From the IMG/VR virus record IMGVR_UViG_2671180778_000014, positions 1 to 35,491 of that record: 35,491 bases of DNA; one strand, written 5' to 3'. The stretch comes from a virus. Its lineage: Duplodnaviria; Heunggongvirae; Uroviricota; Caudoviricetes. The notes below the pieces were generated by a model that did no database searches, was not told the origin of the DNA, and saw only the letters and a list, made by a program, of their open reading frames with translations. Every line of letters begins with the position of its first letter. Within the stretch, counting starts at the first letter, position 1. Position numbers and translations under genes: made by a program. Below are positions 34,455 through 35,491 of the stretch, one piece after another.

Positions 34455-35006
34455 TTACGACACATCAAATTCATCGTCTTCTTCTGGTTCTTGTTCCGGT
34501 TCATCCATTAATGGTAATTCTTCTTCCTCGTCTTCTCCCAAATCTGCATTTTCGAACAAGTCCCCTACTTCATTTAAACGACGCTCGATGATCTCCCTTA
34601 GCTTATTCTTCAATGTTTTCTGGTCAGTGGCAGATTCGAGAATTTCTAAAGCGTCGATTGTGGCGATCTGCAAAATAGTCTGCTTCACTTTTCCGCAATA
34701 TTCCGCTAGTTGCTGTTCTACATACCCGACCGGAATCAGGAGATTCATTGCTTCCTGGTTCTCTCGTTCGGCTGCGTCCGCTAATGCTCTCTCGCGGCGT
34801 AATTTCTCTACGTCAATTTGTTCCTTGACAGTAGTTTCCTTGAGCGGGTTGATGATATTTTTTAATACCCACTCGGTCCCCTCTTTGGCTGGTACGCGTC
34901 GTGTATTGGTATTAAATGGCATTCCTCGTTCTTGCCATTTCTTAGCGGCGTTAATTGTATAGCCGTATAAGCGGGAAATTTCTGTAAGGGTTAATTCTTC
35001 TTTCAT
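34455..35006 (-). CDS. terminase small subunit candidate (lambda Nu1-like winged HTH)
   Basis: ATG at 35006 preceded by GGAGG; LTLTEISRLYGYTINAAKKWQERGMPF parallels the recalled Nu1 N-terminus (QLADIFGASIRTIQNWQEQGMPV); about 180 aa with acidic C-terminus. Confidence 0.45.
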   Translation of the reverse strand: MKEELTLTEISRLYGYTINAAKKWQERGMPFNTNTRRVPAKEGTEWVLKNIINPLKETTVKEQIDVEKLRRERALADAAERENQEAMNLLIPVGYVEQQLAEYCGKVKQTILQIATIDALEILESATDQKTLKNKLREIIERRLNEVGDLFENADLGEDEEEELPLMDEPEQEPEEDDEFDVS

Positions 35007-35491
35007 CCGGTTATCCTCCATTAAATTTGCGTAAAATTATTTATCTGATCTGCGCATTCAGGAGAGCGCCTAAAACGCTTTATAACGAAGGGAAAGATCG
35101 AGGCGGGGAAAGGGATTGGCTGGTGTTAATAGTCGCGTAGCGACCGCGCTGGTGGGCTGCACTGCACCTGTTTTGAAATCTCACACGCACATCAAAAACC
35201 GGGGTGCCGAAAACTCGCTTTATTTCACCCGTGGAACAGTACCTTTTGATTTTGTCAAGTCTTTTTTATAAATAATCGAAAATATTTTTCACACGAGGGC
35301 AAATCATGAATACTAAAGATATTAAGATTGACTTTGAAACTGTTGATGACGTTCGGGAACATCGCATTGATTCTACTGGCTGAATCTTCCAGCTTACTAA
35401 CCCCCCTATTGGATTGATTATCTATGTAGCAGAAGATGACGTGTACGCTATATGGGATGGACAGGATGAGTTTAAAGGCGGGAATAGCCAT

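Noticed and set aside
35100-35200. Possible lambda-like cosN near the Nu1-like gene
   Set aside because: Only a loose GCGACC resemblance and a short palindrome (GTCGC-gta-GCGAC); not enough to call a cohesive-end site without end mapping
35255-35491. 78-aa minus-strand ORF at the window edge
   Set aside because: No RBS, low-complexity translation, runs off the window; region looks like a promoter leader

Overview
The window reads as a tailed-phage (siphovirus-type, enterobacterial codon and RBS style) genome segment, not a cellular locus. Coordinates 6.1-27.5 kb carry a near-complete minus-strand morphogenesis module: lambda gpA-type large terminase, portal, a single 667-aa prohead protease-scaffold-major capsid fusion, neck proteins, a 1207-aa L-shaped tail fibre with C-terminal intramolecular chaperone domain, tail tube, G/T-type chaperones, an 810-aa tape measure, M/L/K-like tip proteins and a 1258-aa J-type central fibre. 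Coordinates 0-6 kb hold a lysis/accessory region (M15 peptidase endolysin, small membrane proteins, a GIY-YIG-like endonuclease, a large serine recombinase, a secreted small protein). Coordinates 27.5-35 kb are an accessory, early-looking region between the large terminase and a Nu1-like small terminase candidate: Rha/KilAC antirepressor-type genes, three small paralogous HTH proteins, consensus sigma70 promoters, many intrinsic terminators, a heptamer iteron array and a 333-aa acidic protein with strikingly host-optimal codon usage. The most unusual observation is that both the major capsid gene and the major tail tube gene end at TGA followed in frame by a 39-42 codon start-less extension encoding a conserved Pro/Glu linker plus basic KAKATAK tail, each followed by a near-identical terminator; this suggests programmed stop-codon readthrough. 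All functional calls rest on motif recognition by eye and recalled family knowledge; no database search was run.
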